Assembly: GCA_963780185.1 (NCBI GenBank)
Contig: CAWABA010000009.1
Coordinates: 32,001 to 96,000, forward strand
Direction of reading: 5' to 3'
Length of the DNA stretch: 64,000 nucleotides
Source: Candidatus Bathyarchaeota archaeon
GTDB taxonomy: Archaea > Thermoproteota > Bathyarchaeia > Bathyarchaeales > Bathycorpusculaceae
Shown here in pieces: positions 49,673-60,610 of the stretch (position 1 is its first letter; each line of letters starts with the position of its first letter). Below the pieces are notes generated by a model. It saw nothing but the letters and a program-made list of their open reading frames with translations. It had not been told where the DNA came from and did not search any database. Position numbers and translations under genes: made by a program.

Positions 49673-50311
49673 ATGCCTAAGCTTTACCTTTTAGGCGGAG
49701 AAAACATCGTTAAGCGAAGTGCGGTGGAAGTGAATGAGAGGGCTTTCCAGGAGGCAAAAGAGCCTCGGTTCGTGGTTGTTTTCTCTTGGGCGAAAGCGTC
49801 GTTTGACAGGAAATATGAGAAAAGAAAGATGCTCACGGATTACTTCATCAGCCTCGGCGCAGGCTCCGTGGATTTTGTCGAATATTCCGACCCCAGCGAA
49901 GTGATTGCCCAAAAAATAGCTTCGTCAAACCTGATTTACCTAACAGGCGGTTACGTTAACGCGTTGGTTGAGCGCCTCGTAAAGAGGCATGTTGACTCGC
50001 TGCTTCGACATTATCCCGGAGTCATAGTCGGCAGAAGCGCTGGCGCCTTGGCTCTCTGCAAAAAATGCCTAATAACCTGCCACAGCAGCCAAAAAGTCAA
50101 GTTAGTCGAAGGCCTCGGCTTAGCCAACCTCACCTTGAAAGCTCACTACAAACCCCAAAAAGACCCCGCGCTGCTGCGTCTGTCGAAGGGAGAAAAAATC
50201 TATGCGGTTCCCTCACGGTCAGCAATCATTTACTCCGAGGGAGTCTGCTCCGTAATCGGGGAAGCTTACCTTTTTGAGGACGGCCAAAAAACACGGGTTG
50301 TAACTTTCTGA
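49673..50311 (+). CDS. Peptidase S51 (dipeptidase E-like)
   Basis: IYLTGG, VGRSAGA nucleophile elbow, GLGL, AHY. Confidence 0.85.
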   Translation: MPKLYLLGGENIVKRSAVEVNERAFQEAKEPRFVVVFSWAKASFDRKYEKRKMLTDYFISLGAGSVDFVEYSDPSEVIAQKIASSNLIYLTGGYVNALVERLVKRHVDSLLRHYPGVIVGRSAGALALCKKCLITCHSSQKVKLVEGLGLANLTLKAHYKPQKDPALLRLSKGEKIYAVPSRSAIIYSEGVCSVIGEAYLFEDGQKTRVVTF

Positions 50312-50343
50312 GTTCCCGTCATGAGTTGGGTTAAAACTTAAAA

Positions 50344-51272
50344 GTGAACCCGACTAACGTTTGTCAGGAAGCGTTGGCCTCAATGTCGGTTCCCTCATAC
50401 AATTTGGCTGATGGTTTTGAAGCGTCATACAGTGTTTCTCAGGATGGAAACACAACGGTTGCCGTGAGATGCCGCAAACCCCTCAAATTCCGAGAAATCT
50501 ACGTTGGAACAGGCAGCTTGGCGTTCCGCTGGGTTTCCAGTGGCAAAAGCAGGTCATGGGAGTTTACTCCTTCGCTTGTGGATCCAACGCCTGCTCCGCA
50601 CTCAGAAACCTTAGCGGACGACGGAGTAACCCAGATAGTCACCGTGAACTTAGGCGGCAAGATGTTTCCCGCTTCGGGGCTAGTCGACGTGAACGTGGAC
50701 GGCGAAATCGTTGCGCCCGCAATCCACTTCGACATGCCGCATGCGTATGACCTCTGGGTTTTTCTTCTGCGTTCCCCGTGGTTTCCCCTCAAGATAGCTG
50801 TTGAAAAATCGTCGCTTAACATAGCACATAATATGGCTCAAGCTGCGGCCCAAGTTGACAGCGTCAGCGTGGACGTGGGCGACGAGCAGATGCTCCGCGG
50901 GGAACTGTCAGTTCACGGCGAAGGCTTCACCCGAGTCAGGCTTACAATGCATAGAAGCACAGCAAACGCGTCTCTCGAAGAGCAACTCTGCGAAGTCGCC
51001 GACGGCATGCAGCAGTTCACGTGGAAGCCAGTTACAAGCCGCTTTGACCTCATGCTGGTAACGACTTCGCAGGGAATGTATACGCGTTTGTGGATTTCTT
51101 GAAGTACATGGGGGCGGCGATTGTGCCAGGCAGCTTTTTTGATCGTCCCTCGCTTCAAAGCCCTTTTTTGCTTTCTGACGGCTTAAACATGACTTACCGT
51201 CTGCGGCTAATTGGGGATAAGCATATTTTGGGGCATGAAAAAGACGAAACAGCGGTTACGCTTAAGCCTTAA
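50344..51272 (+). CDS. Hypothetical protein (frameshift ~51085)
   Basis: Two overlapping ORFs forming one beta-rich protein. Confidence 0.6.
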
Positions 51273-51510
51273 GCGGCGGCGCCGTTTTGTTTGCGGTACT
51301 TTGCTGCTAAAATTATTCCTACCAAAACAAGAATCAGGAGTAATGCGCCGAAGAAAGCGAGGGGAATCCCTGAAGGCAGGTTGGTTCTGCAGAACGTTGG
51401 TGGTGGGTATGCCTGCCTAGGTAAGCTGCTAGGAAGATGATTACGAAGACCGCGCCTACTCCCTCGATGGAGAACAATAATGTGGTTAATTTCTTGTCGG
51501 CTAAAGTCAT
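51269..51510 (-). CDS. Small two-TM membrane protein (frameshifted)
   Basis: MTLADKKLTTLLFSIEGVGAVFVIIFLAAYLG / IPLAFFGALLLILVLVGIILAAKYRK. Confidence 0.5.
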
Positions 51511-51671
51511 TTTAGAGCCTTCTTTGAAGTGCTAAATAATTAATGTTGGTTTGTATTTAACGTTAACCTTTGCCGCGTCAAGTTGGCAAGCCATAGCATT
51601 CCCGACGCAGCGGTCTAGCCGCAAATGTAATATAGTTTGGGAACCGAGTTTTCTTGCGTTGCGGGTTAAGT

Positions 51672-52625
51672 ATGGCTTCACAAAAATTCTACACTCCACT
51701 GAAAGCAGGTTTGTTCATAGTTGTGTTATCTTATTTTCTGTTTGCGCTGCATGACACCTTCACGCTTCAGTGGTTCGGCGAATGGAACCGCATATACCCC
51801 GGGCACTTCCTATTCGAAGTCTTCGCTGAAGACCTCATCGGATTCGTCGGAACCGTTTCCAGATTCGCCGCCGGAATCGTAGCCATTTGCCGTAATCATC
51901 TATTACTTCGCCAAAAAAGGCATCTCCAAACCCGCTGCCTTCAACGCGGCGAGGTTAGTTCTTGATCTTTGAAGCAATCTATTGGCTGCTGGCGTTTATT
52001 CCAACAGCGTACTTTTCAGTTAAAGACATGTTCTTCACCAAAATGTACAGCCATTTTTCCACAATGGCTTTCTTGCATTCCTTCGCAATTGGTACTTTAC
52101 CCGTTTTGGTTGAATCTATAGTCACCCCCATCGTCCTGTTTATTTTCGCTTACAAACTGAACCCGAACAAACCTCTAAAGAGCCCGATAAGGTGGGGGCT
52201 GATTACGGGGACGTTTTATGTTTTCTTGTTTTGGCTACTTAACACAACCATTTGGGTCTCGGTTATAGACGAGCGTTTAAAAGGAATACCTTACCTGACC
52301 GCCAACCCCCAATACCTCGTTAGTTTCGTCTTAAGCGCAATTGGGCTGCTGCTTCTGGGAATTTACGCTGCAGGCTTCACTTGGAAATCGAGACGGGCGG
52401 AAACTCTGCAGCAGCTAAGCCTCAAAACAGTCGGCGTCATTATCCTGGCTCTTGGTATCTATTTCCTCTGGAACTACTTGACATGGATTTTCTTCGGGGG
52501 GCTGGAACGATTGGTACGCATGGTTCCTCGGGCACAACGAAGACCTTTGGGCGCTGTCGCTTCCGCTGCTTGGGTTGCCTCTGCTGTTCGCCGCTAGACC
52601 TCAGAAAAAAGAAGCCGCCGCTTAG
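51672..52625 (+). CDS. Multi-pass membrane protein (frameshifted)
   Basis: Consecutive hydrophobic ORFs in changing frames. Confidence 0.7.
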
Positions 52626-52675
52626 GTCCGTTTTGGGCAACTTTTTTTAAACAGTTAAGCAGCATACAGTCTGAT

Positions 52676-53371
52676 TTGCCATGCGTAGATGTGCTTTCCT
52701 TGCAGTTGCTCTTGTCCTGTTGGCGGTCAGCCCGCTGCTGGCGTTCAGCGTTTGCCCAGAGCAATGTAGTCGGCGTCAAAGCGGGTGACTGGATAAAATA
52801 TGACGTGCGTGAAGTGGGCAGCTTCATCGACCCTGAATACAACATCACCTGGGCGAGAATGGACATTGTAGCAGTGCAGAACGACGTTATAACAGTCAAC
52901 GTTTTAACCCAATACGGCAACGGAACCCTGCTTCCCGAAAACGACATACACCTCAACGTGACAGCTGGCAAAATCGGCGACGGCTTCTTCGTGCCTATTA
53001 ACCTTAAACCCGGCGACCGATACTCCACCCAGTACGAGGGCATCATAAACATGACCAGCCTTGCTCATACCCAAGCAGGAGGAGCAAGCCGCATGGTTCT
53101 GGTCGGTGTGGCAAGCGTGAACGTCTATCAGAACGTTTACAACTGGGACAAGCAGACAGGCATCATGGTTTCGGCGACGTCAAATTTGCCTGGCTGCATA
53201 ATGTACACCACCACAAAATCAACCAACCTTTGGGCACCCCAGATTCTGGGCTTAAACCAAACCGTGTTCATCGCAGTTTTGCTTTCGATAGTCGGGGTCG
53301 TGGCAGTTTTGGCGGGTGTTGCGTTGCTTTTTGTTCTGCGCAGGAAAAAGGTTTCCGCTGCTAAAAGTTGA
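52676..53371 (+). CDS. Secreted protein with C-terminal TM anchor
   Basis: VGVKAGDWIKY start of mature domain, WDKQTG, TM + RRKK. Confidence 0.75.
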   Translation: MPCVDVLSLQLLLSCWRSARCWRSAFAQSNVVGVKAGDWIKYDVREVGSFIDPEYNITWARMDIVAVQNDVITVNVLTQYGNGTLLPENDIHLNVTAGKIGDGFFVPINLKPGDRYSTQYEGIINMTSLAHTQAGGASRMVLVGVASVNVYQNVYNWDKQTGIMVSATSNLPGCIMYTTTKSTNLWAPQILGLNQTVFIAVLLSIVGVVAVLAGVALLFVLRRKKVSAAKS

Positions 53372-53453
53372 ACAGTTTCCGTTCGTTATCATTCTTGGGC
53401 AAGACGAATTGAAATACATCACAAAGTTACGTAATTGCCTTCACAACGTAAGC

Positions 53454-53873
53454 CTATTCTTCATCAGTGAACTTTGTTAGAAGTTGTATGAGCTCTTCTT
53501 GTTCGTTGGGGGTTAGTTGTGTCATGTGTTTTTCGATGTAGCTGTATAATTGTTTTTCTTGTGATTGCAGCCATTTTTCTCCTTTTGCGGTGGGAACAAC
53601 GTAGGTGTTTCTTCGGTTTTCTGGCTCCTTAACCCGTTTAACGTATTCTTTCTTCTCTAAAGTGTCCACGTAGCCGGAGGCTGTGCTTTTTTTTATGCCG
53701 TAGAGGCGGGAGATGTCGGTTACCTGCAGTTTTTTTAGGTGGGCGTTGTAGAGGATTGAGGTGGCGACTGGTGATAGTTCGCTTTTTCTCCCTTTTTGGA
53801 GGCCGAGGATGTTGCTTATTGTTTGGTGGATTAGTGTTAGCATGCGTTGCAGGTCGTTTTCTTTTTGCTGCAT
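53454..53873 (-). CDS. MarR-family transcriptional regulator
   Basis: KSTASGYVDTLEKKEYVKRV...NRRNTYVVPTAKG. Confidence 0.88.
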   Translation of the reverse strand: MQQKENDLQRMLTLIHQTISNILGLQKGRKSELSPVATSILYNAHLKKLQVTDISRLYGIKKSTASGYVDTLEKKEYVKRVKEPENRRNTYVVPTAKGEKWLQSQEKQLYSYIEKHMTQLTPNEQEELIQLLTKFTDEE

Positions 53874-53911
53874 GGTGGCTAGTTTGTTTTTGGGTTATAA
53901 AAGGTGTGTGG

Positions 53912-53963
53912 ATGGTTAGGGTATGCTAAATATTTATTAATATAGTTAGCATATGCTAACTAT
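53912..53963. promoter_or_regulatory. MarR operator pair
   Basis: Perfect 22-bp palindrome ATAGTTAGCATATGCTAACTAT (53942-53963) plus degenerate copy 53912-53933, around the TATA-like TTTATTAA. Confidence 0.8.
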
Positions 53964-53975
53964 CGGCGAATCTGA

Positions 53976-54380
53976 ATGAAAAATCAACTACTCTTACTAA
54001 GAATAAGCTATTGGTTAGGCGCTATAATCGATGGCTTGGTGGCAGTACAACTACTCCTGCCTAAGTTCTGGGCATCCTTCGACGGATTAACAGGTTACAC
54101 AGCATCGACAACGGTTGACTTTGGCCTTGGCATTGCGAGTGCATTAATGTTTGGCTGGACATTCTTGCTGATATGGGCAGACAGAAAACCCCTCGAAAGA
54201 AAAGGCGTCCTGCTGTTAACCGTGGTCCCAGTAATTGTAGGTCTCGCGTTGAATAACGTGTTAGCTGTTACGTCAGGGTTAAGACCGCTCCAATCCGTGG
54301 TCCCTGAGCTTGGTCTCCAAACAGGACTTGCCGTTTTGTTTATCTTCAGCTACCTTAACGCTCGACATGCAGCTGAGTAA
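53976..54380 (+). CDS. 4-TM membrane protein divergent from MarR
   Basis: SYWLGAIIDG...LMFGWTFLLIWADRKPLERKGVLLLT. Confidence 0.8.
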   Translation: MKNQLLLLRISYWLGAIIDGLVAVQLLLPKFWASFDGLTGYTASTTVDFGLGIASALMFGWTFLLIWADRKPLERKGVLLLTVVPVIVGLALNNVLAVTSGLRPLQSVVPELGLQTGLAVLFIFSYLNARHAAE

Positions 54381-54429
54381 TGCCAAAGCTTATAGGTAGC
54401 TTGCTTAATAGCCAACAATAGAAGGAAAC

Positions 54430-55786
54430 TTGTTGAAACATAAAGGAAAGATTCTTCGAGTCTCCATCTTAGGCTTCATTTGTTTACTGCTTTTCTTGCT
54501 TGCTGCAGGCTGCTTCCAAGGCGCCACGGCTGCCGCGTCATCTCAGCCCACGGCTTCAGCAAGCGGACCCGTCATCATAGCTAACTTTAACGTGCCAGTT
54601 GACCCAGGCGCATCCACTTTTATGGCGCGTGTCGTCTCAACCGCGCAGGGTCAGCATGCAGCCGCCATAGTTATCGAGATGAATACGCCTGGCGGGCTTG
54701 TCAGCGATATGCAATCGATTGTTGACTCCATAAAGGCGGCGAATTCAAGTGGCATTCCAACTTACACTTTCATTGTGCCTGACGGTTTTGGCGCCTCCGC
54801 TGGCAGCTACATAGCTATGGCTTGTAACAGGATTCTTATGGCTCCGGGTTCGGCTATTGGTCCCAGCACACCTATCGTCGTGGGCGGCACAGCTTTAGAG
54901 CAAAATCACACCCAAGCTTTTTTCCTCAGTTACATGCAAGCCCTGGCGTCGGAGTGGGGACGCAACACCACCGCCGTTTATTACATGGTTCAATCTGACG
55001 AGGCGTTTTCAGCGACTCAAGCAGTCGAATACCACGTAGCTGACGGAACAGCAAATTCATTGGCTGACGCAATCAATCAGCTTGGCTTGTCTGGGAACCC
55101 TCAGACCACACTTGGTGAAAACTTTTACGAGCAGCTACTCAGCGCGTTGAGCAACACCCTTTTGGACGGCATCCTCTTCCTTATCGGAATCGTCGCAATC
55201 GTGATTGACTTCTTCCACCCCACCATCATCCTCACAGTGCTGGGCGTCATCGCTATAGTTGCGGGTTTAGTTGGGGCAGAAGTGGTCGGCGCCTCACTGC
55301 TGGGAATTATCATATTAATTGTGGCTGCGGCGCTTATTGTTTTGGAGTTGAAGCTTGGGCATGGCTTTGCACTTATGGCAGGCGTCGTTCTTGGCGCCAT
55401 CGGAATCTACTTCCTCTCGTTCAACCTTCAGTATTCGCCTTCGCCCATAGGTAACTTGGCGATTCTTGAGCTTAGCTTGCTCGTTGTGTTCGGGGTGCTC
55501 GCGGGCTTATACGTCAGATGGGTTATCGGTCCGATAAGGCGACAAAGCAAACTCACAGGCGCCGAAGCTTTGATAGGCAAAACAGGCGTCGCCATCAAGC
55601 GACCTCAAACCCAAAGGCGAAGTCAGGGTCGCAGGGGAAATCTGGCGTGCAGAATCGTTGTCAGGGGACATCGTGAAGGGCGAGCGGGTCACCGTTAAGG
55701 CAATGAAGGGACTCACCGTAACCGTTGAGAAAGCTCAAGAAGCCGCAAGCCAAACGCCGCCAAACACGGAAACAGCAGCAAAATAG
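54430..55786 (+). CDS. nfeD: NfeD-family membrane protease (frameshift ~55600)
   Basis: ClpP-like NTPGG, GASAGSYI, MAPGSAIG; TM bundle; OB domain TGAEALIGKTG / GEVRVAGEIWRA. Confidence 0.85.
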
Positions 55787-55860
55787 CCCAGAGTTGCGCT
55801 CGTTCCTCAAAGTTCGGATAGCCTAATATATCCTGCCCTCAGGTATAATTTTCTTTATTG

Positions 55861-58269
55861 ATGCCGATGAAAAAGCACGTTTGGATGCTGCTTGTTCTCG
55901 TTTCCGCCGTTCTTGTCCTATCATGCTTCACGTCGGCAAACTCAAATGCAGCCATCCAGCTCCAGGCAGCGACTCTTGGCCGATGTTTCTTCATGACACA
56001 AGCCACAGCGGCACGGCAACGGCAGAAGGCTCAGCGAACTCCGCCAAGCTCCTTTGGAACGCCACTGTGATGGATGCTGTTGTGTCTTCCCCCGCGGTGG
56101 CGGACGGCAACGTCTTCGTAGGCTGCAACGACGGCGCCATCTACTGCCTCAACGCCTCCAGCGGCAAACTGAATTGGTTCTTCTACCAAAACAAAACTCA
56201 AATCCAATCTTCCCCCGCCGTCTAGCGATGGGCGCGTCTACGTGGGCTGCAACAACGGAAACCTGTACGCCTTAAACGAAAGCAACGGCGATGAACTTTG
56301 GAATTTCACCACCGGCGGCTGGGTTGGCTCATCTCCCGCGGTTGCCGACGGCGCAGTCTACTTTGGCTCGCGAGACGGGAACCTCTACGCTTTGAACGCT
56401 GTGAACGGCGCAAAGATTTGGAGTTACCAAACTGGCAACGAGGTTGAATCGTCTCCAGCGGTTTCAGACGGCGTAGTTTATGTTTCATCTGACAACTTTT
56501 ACGTCTTCGCAGTCAACGCGTCCACGGGAAAAATGCTGTGGCAAACCCCACTGGAAGCACCATTTCTTCGCCCAGCCAATGCAACGGCTACCTCTACGTT
56601 GGTTCATACGACGGCAACGTTTGCTGTTTGAATGTTTCACGGGAGACCCAAATCTGGACATACCAGACTCCGGACACCGTCGTTTCTTCGCCCGCCGTCG
56701 GCTTACGGCTGCGTCTACTTTGGCTCGGAAGACAACAACGTCTACTGCCTTAATGCCTCGACTGGCGCAAGAGTTTGGCAGAGCCCAACTGGGTACTGGG
56801 TTACTTCTTCCCCAGCGGTGGCAGACGGCAACGTGTACGTGGGCTCCGAAGACGACAGCATCTACTGCCTCAACGCTGCCACAGGAGCCAAAGAATGGAT
56901 TTACCAAACAGGAAGCTACGTGGAATCTTCCCCAGCCATAGTAAACAACATGCTTTACGTAGGCTCCGACGACGACCACATCTACGCCCTAACCCTAACC
57001 AACACAACCATCAAACGCTGCCCACGCAATCCACAACCTCTTTGAAATCGGCAACAATTATCCTTGATGCAGGCGCGTGCTTCAGTCGGCGCGTTGATTG
57101 TTTTCGGTGGCTTCCTTTTTGTCCGCTCAACAAGACGCGAAAAACAAGACGCAAAAGCCACAAGATACTTCAGGCAAAAACACGTCTTGGCTGTCAAGGC
57201 ACGTTGATGCGGTCTGCGTTTTGGTGATTCTGGCTTTTTCAACGATGTTTTTCGTTAATTTGGGAAGTGGGCATCTTGTAGCGGCTGATGAGCAAACGTA
57301 TTCCCAATGGACTTTTCACATGATTAAAACGGGGGACTACTTTACGCCTTGGGCTTACGGCAGCCTGTTCTGGCTTGGCAAGCCGCCGCTTACCATGTGG
57401 CTAATGTCTCTGTCCTACCAAATCTTCGGAGTCACCAATTTCGCCGCAAGAATCTGGAGCGCAATATTCGGCGCCTTATCCCTTGGTAGTCATCTACTAT
57501 TTGGGAAAGAAACTCTACAACCCCTACGTCGGCTTGCTCTCAGCTCTCATCTTAGGCTCATTCGCAACCTTTTACGTTTATGCGCGGCTCGCCATGACGG
57601 ATGTCCCGCTGGTCTTCTTCATCTTGGGCAGCATCTACTTCTTTGTCTTAAGCGAAAAAACAGAAAACCACGTATCCGATACGCCGCTCTAAGCGGCTTG
57701 TTCTTCGGGTTGGCGTTGATGACAAAGCAGATTGAGGCTCTGCTGGTTCTGATAATCATGTTTTTGTACCTTGTTGGCGACAAGGAAAAGCCTCCGGTTT
57801 CTGGTCACAAAAAGCTTCACCCTTTTCTGGGGAGTTGGGCTTCTGATTTTTTCTCCGTGGCTCATCTACATGGCTGCCCGTTTCGGGTCGCAGTTCTGGC
57901 AGTGGTACTTCGGTTACGACATCGTTTCGCGTTCTGTCGGCGTCGGTTGAGAATCACGTTGGAAGCTACCTCTACTACTTCAACTACCTCGCCCACAACG
58001 AAAACCATATTACCTGATTCATGCTGCCTTTCGCGGCTGCCCTGTGCCTTTTCAACGCGGTTTGAAACGCGTCAAAGGAGGACACGTTGATTTTGCTGTG
58101 GATGGCGATTGTGCTGTTGGTTTTCACGCTTGCGCAGACAAAGCTTGACTGGTACATTATGCCTGTTTTTCCCAGCCTTCGCCATCGCCATAAGCAGCCT
58201 AATATATCAAGTCGGCAAAAAAACCTACCAGCTTGTAAAGAAAGCGGTTCCGCAATTATCGTAAGCTAG
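55861..58269 (+). CDS. PQQ-like beta-propeller fused to ArnT/PMT-type (GT-C) glycosyltransferase, many frameshifts
   Basis: SSPAVADG repeats, then DEQTY...KPPLTMW...AARIWSA...ARLAMTDVP...LMTK...TKLDWYIMP. Confidence 0.7.
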
Positions 58270-59217
58270 CACGAAGTGGCTAAAGGCTTCAGGGTTTCCG
58301 ATTGTACAGCACGTCGCCAATTCAAGCATGGATAGGGCTGCAATCGAATAAAGCGGGATCCAATCGTACAGGTACATATGCGACACCGTTGCGCGTTAAG
58401 CTCCGTCGACAAAAACGAGAAGCCCACTCCATTGTAGAAGAAGAACGGCAGATTTGTGGCAGCTAGAAAAACAGCGGACCCGCCGACGAATTTCCACAGC
58501 GAACCCCTATTATACCACAGCAACAGCGGCAACGCAACCAGCGCCACCCGCGGGTCAAACACGCCGAAAGCGAAAAGCAAAGCTGACAGCCATGGCTTTT
58601 TGGCGAACCCAAAGTAAATGGCGCCGACCAGAAGGACCGTTTGGAGTATGTGAGCGTTGGCTAGGAGGTATCCGCAGTAGTAGCTTGGCGAGAAGGTTTG
58701 GACATGGAGGCTTAGCATGCGGTAATGGAAGAAACCCGGTGATGGAGTAGCTTGCTGAGGGCGCTATGAGAATGGGGTCAACGAGCACTATTACGGCGGC
58801 TGCGACGCCTGCAAAGAGGTTTTTGTCTTTAATTAGCTTGTAGACGAAGAAAGCCAAGGGCAAAATCAAGAGGAATTGCACTATGTCAAAGGCGTTAAGC
58901 GCGTTCTGATAGCCCAAAGCGAGGAAAGGCGATAAAAGAATCAAGAAAGACGGCGCATACTTGAAGGGTTGCGGTTGCCCCTGAATCTGGTAGTCGCCGG
59001 GCTGCACGTTGGCGGAGTAGATTTGGGTTGGGTTATGAACTAGGCGCCATTCTCCCATGTAGTAGGCTGAAAAGTCCCGCGCCAAATTGGCTGATTCCGG
59101 CTTGAAAGTTTGGGGGTAAGCGTAGGCGAAGATGCTGAAGTTCAGAAAAACCAGTAAAGCAATAACCAAAATAATAGCCGTCTTTTTGGATAACACGAGC
59201 TTCATTGGCTTCCCCAT
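58266..59217 (-). CDS. GT87/DUF2029-like membrane glycosyltransferase (frameshifted)
   Basis: RDFSAYY, FKYAPSFLILLSP, multiple TM helices. Confidence 0.7.
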
Positions 59218-59388
59218 GGGTAGGAGCGACGACTTTGTTTAACTTGTGATTTATTCTTTGCGGTAAATTCCCCAAACCCCAATAAACCCCCAAAAAAGGC
59301 AGCGCGGCGGCTTTTGGTCGCTTGACAGAAAACCTTTAATTTCAGAAAATTTCTGTTCCCTCTAAACATTCAAGGAGAAAAATCTGAA

Positions 59389-59550
59389 ATGTCAACTTCA
59401 CAAGAATCAACCACTCTGCCAAAAGGTCCCAGCGAAGAGCAGACTGCGCGATTGAAAAGGGCGGTGAGGCGAGCTGAAATTCTCGGCTACGCAGCAGCGG
59501 GGCTCGGATTAACGCTTCTCGCTGTCATAATATTGATTTCGCTACTGTAA
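59389..59550 (+). CDS. Tail-anchored microprotein (53 aa)
   Basis: AGGAG RBS; MSTSQES...RLKRAVRRAEILGYAAAGLGLTLLAVIILISLL. Confidence 0.6.
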   Translation: MSTSQESTTLPKGPSEEQTARLKRAVRRAEILGYAAAGLGLTLLAVIILISLL

Positions 59551-59586
59551 ACCCGAAGCAAAAAATCTTTGAGGAGGGCAGAAAAA

Positions 59587-59691
59587 ATGGATGATGCCAT
59601 TGAACAAACAATCAAAAGAGTTGAGCGGTTAACTAGAATCCTTGCAGGTGTCGTTGTCGTGGAGATTGTAGTATTGATACTTTTCATTTAG
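59587..59691 (+). CDS. Tail-anchored microprotein (34 aa)
   Basis: GAGGAGG RBS; MDDAIEQTIKRVERLTRILAGVVVVEIVVLILFI. Confidence 0.55.
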   Translation: MDDAIEQTIKRVERLTRILAGVVVVEIVVLILFI

Positions 59692-59791
59692 GTTCAAAAC
59701 TTTCTTCAGTTCTTTTTTGGGAGCGTCGTTGACTTCAAGCAGGCAAGCAAAAGATATAGGCGACAACCAATAATACGCTATGTGATGAAAA

Positions 59792-60121
59792 ATGGTTTTT
59801 GAAAAAGTTGCTGAAACAGGGGAAATATCTCCTGGACAAACTAAACTTGTCAAACTTGGCGCTGAAGACGTTTTGCTCGCAAACGTAAACGGCGTATTCT
59901 ACGCTGTCGGAAATGTCTGCACCCACGAAGGCGGAAAACTTTCACAGGGAACCCTGCAGGGAACCACAATTACCTGCCCCAGACACAAGGCACAGTTTGA
60001 CGTAACAACGGGCAAAGTGGTTTCTGCCCCAAAAATACTTTTCATGCACCCCAAAATCAACAACGAACCCGCTTACGCAGTCAAAGTTGAAGGCACAGCC
60101 ATCCTGCTCGAACACAAATAA
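59792..60121 (+). CDS. Rieske-type [2Fe-2S] ferredoxin
   Basis: CTH...CPRH motifs, FDVTTG. Confidence 0.9.
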   Translation: MVFEKVAETGEISPGQTKLVKLGAEDVLLANVNGVFYAVGNVCTHEGGKLSQGTLQGTTITCPRHKAQFDVTTGKVVSAPKILFMHPKINNEPAYAVKVEGTAILLEHK

Positions 60122-60185
60122 CGCCACCCAAAAAATAACCGTGTGGCTTTTAGCTAAAACGCGGTCGATCTGGTTAAGTTCAGAG

Positions 60186-60258
60186 TAGCCCGGGAGAGAT
60201 TCGAACTCTCGTCAGGGGGTCCAAAGCCCTCTATGCTTGACCACTACACCACCGGGCT
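60186..60258 (-). tRNA. tRNA-Gln (UUG)
   Basis: Reverse complement AGCCCGG...CTTTGGA...GTTCGAAT...CCGGGCTA. Confidence 0.93.
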
Positions 60259-60610
60259 GCCGATGCATTTTTGTTTGATGCTAACGTGTAAGGACAGTTT
60301 TTTCCTAATAAGCGTTCTTGCAATTCCCCCAAATACCTGCATCGAACCAGCCAAATAGATTGCTGTTAAATCTATAATATACCGCTAAATCTTGAAGCCC
60401 ATGTAAACTTTAGGGTCAAACCGAAAGGACCTGAAGTTTTGGCCCAACTTTTTTCTCGTCTGTACCGTCAAAGTGTATCGTCTTTCCGTAGATGCTTCAC
60501 CCTCCTATCCGGTACCTTTGCACAAAAACACAAAACACCCAAGACAAAAAAGGGGCATAAACCCTTTCCATCTTTACAGAAATCTTAACGGTAGCGCCAC
60601 AGCTAGGCAT

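Noticed and set aside
55990-57000. Nucleotide repeats in PQQ-propeller genes as a DGR or repeat array
   Set aside because: Explained by protein blade repeats; no reverse transcriptase or adenine-specific variation seen.
60405-60439. c-di-GMP-I riboswitch resemblance (CAAACC-GAAA-GG)
   Set aside because: Too short, lacks the second stem, and there is no downstream plus-strand gene.
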